Positions 62,949-64,000 of a stretch of DNA of 64,000 nucleotides are shown one piece after another. The notes beneath the pieces are model-generated. The model searched no databases, had not been told where the DNA came from, and saw only the letters and a list, made by a program, of their open reading frames with translations. Location of the stretch: contig JBAXNN010000008.1 of the NCBI GenBank assembly GCA_037133755.1, forward strand, positions 30,245 to 94,244, in the 5' to 3' direction. The DNA comes from Thermoleophilia bacterium. GTDB taxonomy: Bacteria; Actinomycetota; Thermoleophilia; Gaiellales; F1-60-MAGs149. Within the stretch, counting starts at the first letter, position 1; each line of letters opens with the position of its first letter. The position numbers and the translations under genes were made by a program.

Positions 62949-64000
62949 CAGACGACCGTTTCGACCGACGGCACCGTGTCGAGCGGGTCGCCCTCGGGCT
63001 CCGGCGAATCAGCGTCGGGATACTTCGCCCGCAGCGCACGCACGCTTGGCGTCCCGAGCACGATCGCGGCGTTCACGAGAACGGCGACGAAGGCGAGAAT
63101 CTCGGCACCGGTGTTCGAGAACGCGCCGGTGATCGGGCCGACGAGGATCATGCCGACAGGCAGCATCGCGACGCTGCCGAGCGTGCGAAACGAGCCAACG
63201 CGCGACCGGAGGTCCGCGGGCACCTCGCGGGTGATGGTGGTCTCGAGCAACGTGCCGGAGATGGAGATCACCGAGCCGGCGATGATCGCCGCGAGCGCCA
63301 GCACGATCACCGGAGGCGCGAGCGCGAGCGCGATGAAGAAGAACGCGAAGGGGATGCAGAGGATGTACGCGAGGATCAACGGGCGCTGCGGACGCAACTT
63401 CATCGCGGTCAGGCCGCCGACCAGGAACCCGATCCCGAAGCCCGAGACGACGGCTGCCCACGAGCTCGCGCCACCGAGCTTCTCGTCGGCGATCGCGGGG
63501 CCGACGGCGTAGATCGAGGGCATCACGAAGAGCGCATAGAGCACCTCGCCGATCACGACGACGACCAGCCAATGCCGCGACGAAAACGCCGTCCAGCCCT
63601 CGCTCAGATCGTGCCGGAAGTTGCGGTTCTTCCACGGACTCGGCGAGCCCTGTGTCTGCATCAGCGCGAGACAGATGGCGCTGACGCCAAACGACGCGGC
63701 GTCCACGGCAATGGCGCCAGCCGGGCTGATCAGCGCCACCAGCGCACCGCCAATTGCGCCGCCGACCGCAATGCCGAGCGCCGGCGTCGTGGCGAGCAGC
63801 CCGTAGGCCTCCTGCAGCCGCTCCGCCGACACCGTCTGCGGGATGATCCCGGACAGCGCCGGCCGGAAGAACGCCTCGCCGATGCCGTAGATCGCCATCA
63901 GCCCGACGAGCACCCAGATCGAGCCGTGGCCGGAGACCAGCGCGGCGAAGGTGAGCAGCATGATCACGCCGCGGATCAGATCACTCGTCAGCATCACGAG
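62948..64000 (-). CDS. MFS transporter (EntS/MFS_3-like), 3' part; the N-terminus lies beyond the right edge
   Basis: ORF 62948..63997 is open to the window end and consists of multiple TM helices. The listed Met is internal, since the MFS fold needs about 90 more N-terminal residues. Confidence 0.75.
   Translation of the reverse strand, partial: LVMLTSDLIRGVIMLLTFAALVSGHGSIWVLVGLMAIYGIGEAFFRPALSGIIPQTVSAERLQEAYGLLATTPALGIAVGGAIGGALVALISPAGAIAVDAASFGVSAICLALMQTQGSPSPWKNRNFRHDLSEGWTAFSSRHWLVVVVIGEVLYALFVMPSIYAVGPAIADEKLGGASSWAAVVSGFGIGFLVGGLTAMKLRPQRPLILAYILCIPFAFFFIALALAPPVIVLALAAIIAGSVISISGTLLETTITREVPADLRSRVGSFRTLGSVAMLPVGMILVGPITGAFSNTGAEILAFVAVLVNAAIVLGTPSVRALRAKYPDADSPEPEGDPLDTVPSVETVV

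Noticed and set aside
62949-64000. 6S RNA (ssrS) next to the 5-formyl-THF cyclo-ligase gene, as in the E. coli ssrS-ygfA operon
   Set aside because: The region immediately upstream of the ligase gene is occupied by an MFS coding sequence with an overlapping stop and start. The non-coding region lies downstream instead, and I cannot fold it into a 6S-like structure by eye.

Overview
High-GC, actinobacterial-type chromosomal segment. It is densely coding, with about 60 genes and many ATGA/GTGA/TGATG stop-start overlaps. I saw no transposase, integrase, CRISPR array or rRNA. There is one tRNA-Lys(UUU).

Coding content, left to right:
- A five-gene formate dehydrogenase operon on the minus strand, with a divergent LysR regulator. 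It encodes a catalytic FdhA with an in-frame TGA (selenocysteine) and an fdhF-type SECIS hairpin, a fused NuoE/NuoF-like diaphorase, a separate NuoG-like Fe-S protein that carries the FS0 cluster domain FdhA lacks, fdhD and moeA.
- Two tandem Kup K+ transporters.
- A non-pyrrolysine MttB-family methyltransferase beside two paralogous GcvT-like folate enzymes. One of these is fused to a ~255-aa N-terminal domain I do not recognise. A MurI-like protein lacking both catalytic cysteines follows.
- Flavin amine oxidases.
- DNA-repair genes: Nei/Fpg, an FeS-type photolyase, an AlkA-like glycosylase, and an SbcCD-like pair whose ATPase has a hydrophobic hairpin where a zinc hook is expected.
- A polyamine-type ABC transporter, a GlxBCD/MgsABC-like trio, and assorted membrane proteins and hydrolases.

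Non-coding highlights:
- Two GC-rich palindromic repeat families, one arranged as inverted doublets (REPIN-like) at two loci.
- A perfect 21-bp inverted repeat that buries a GST start codon.
- Two short motifs shared between unrelated intergenic regions.

All functional names come from motif recognition by eye. No database search was possible. Many long ORFs in the track are antisense GC artefacts.
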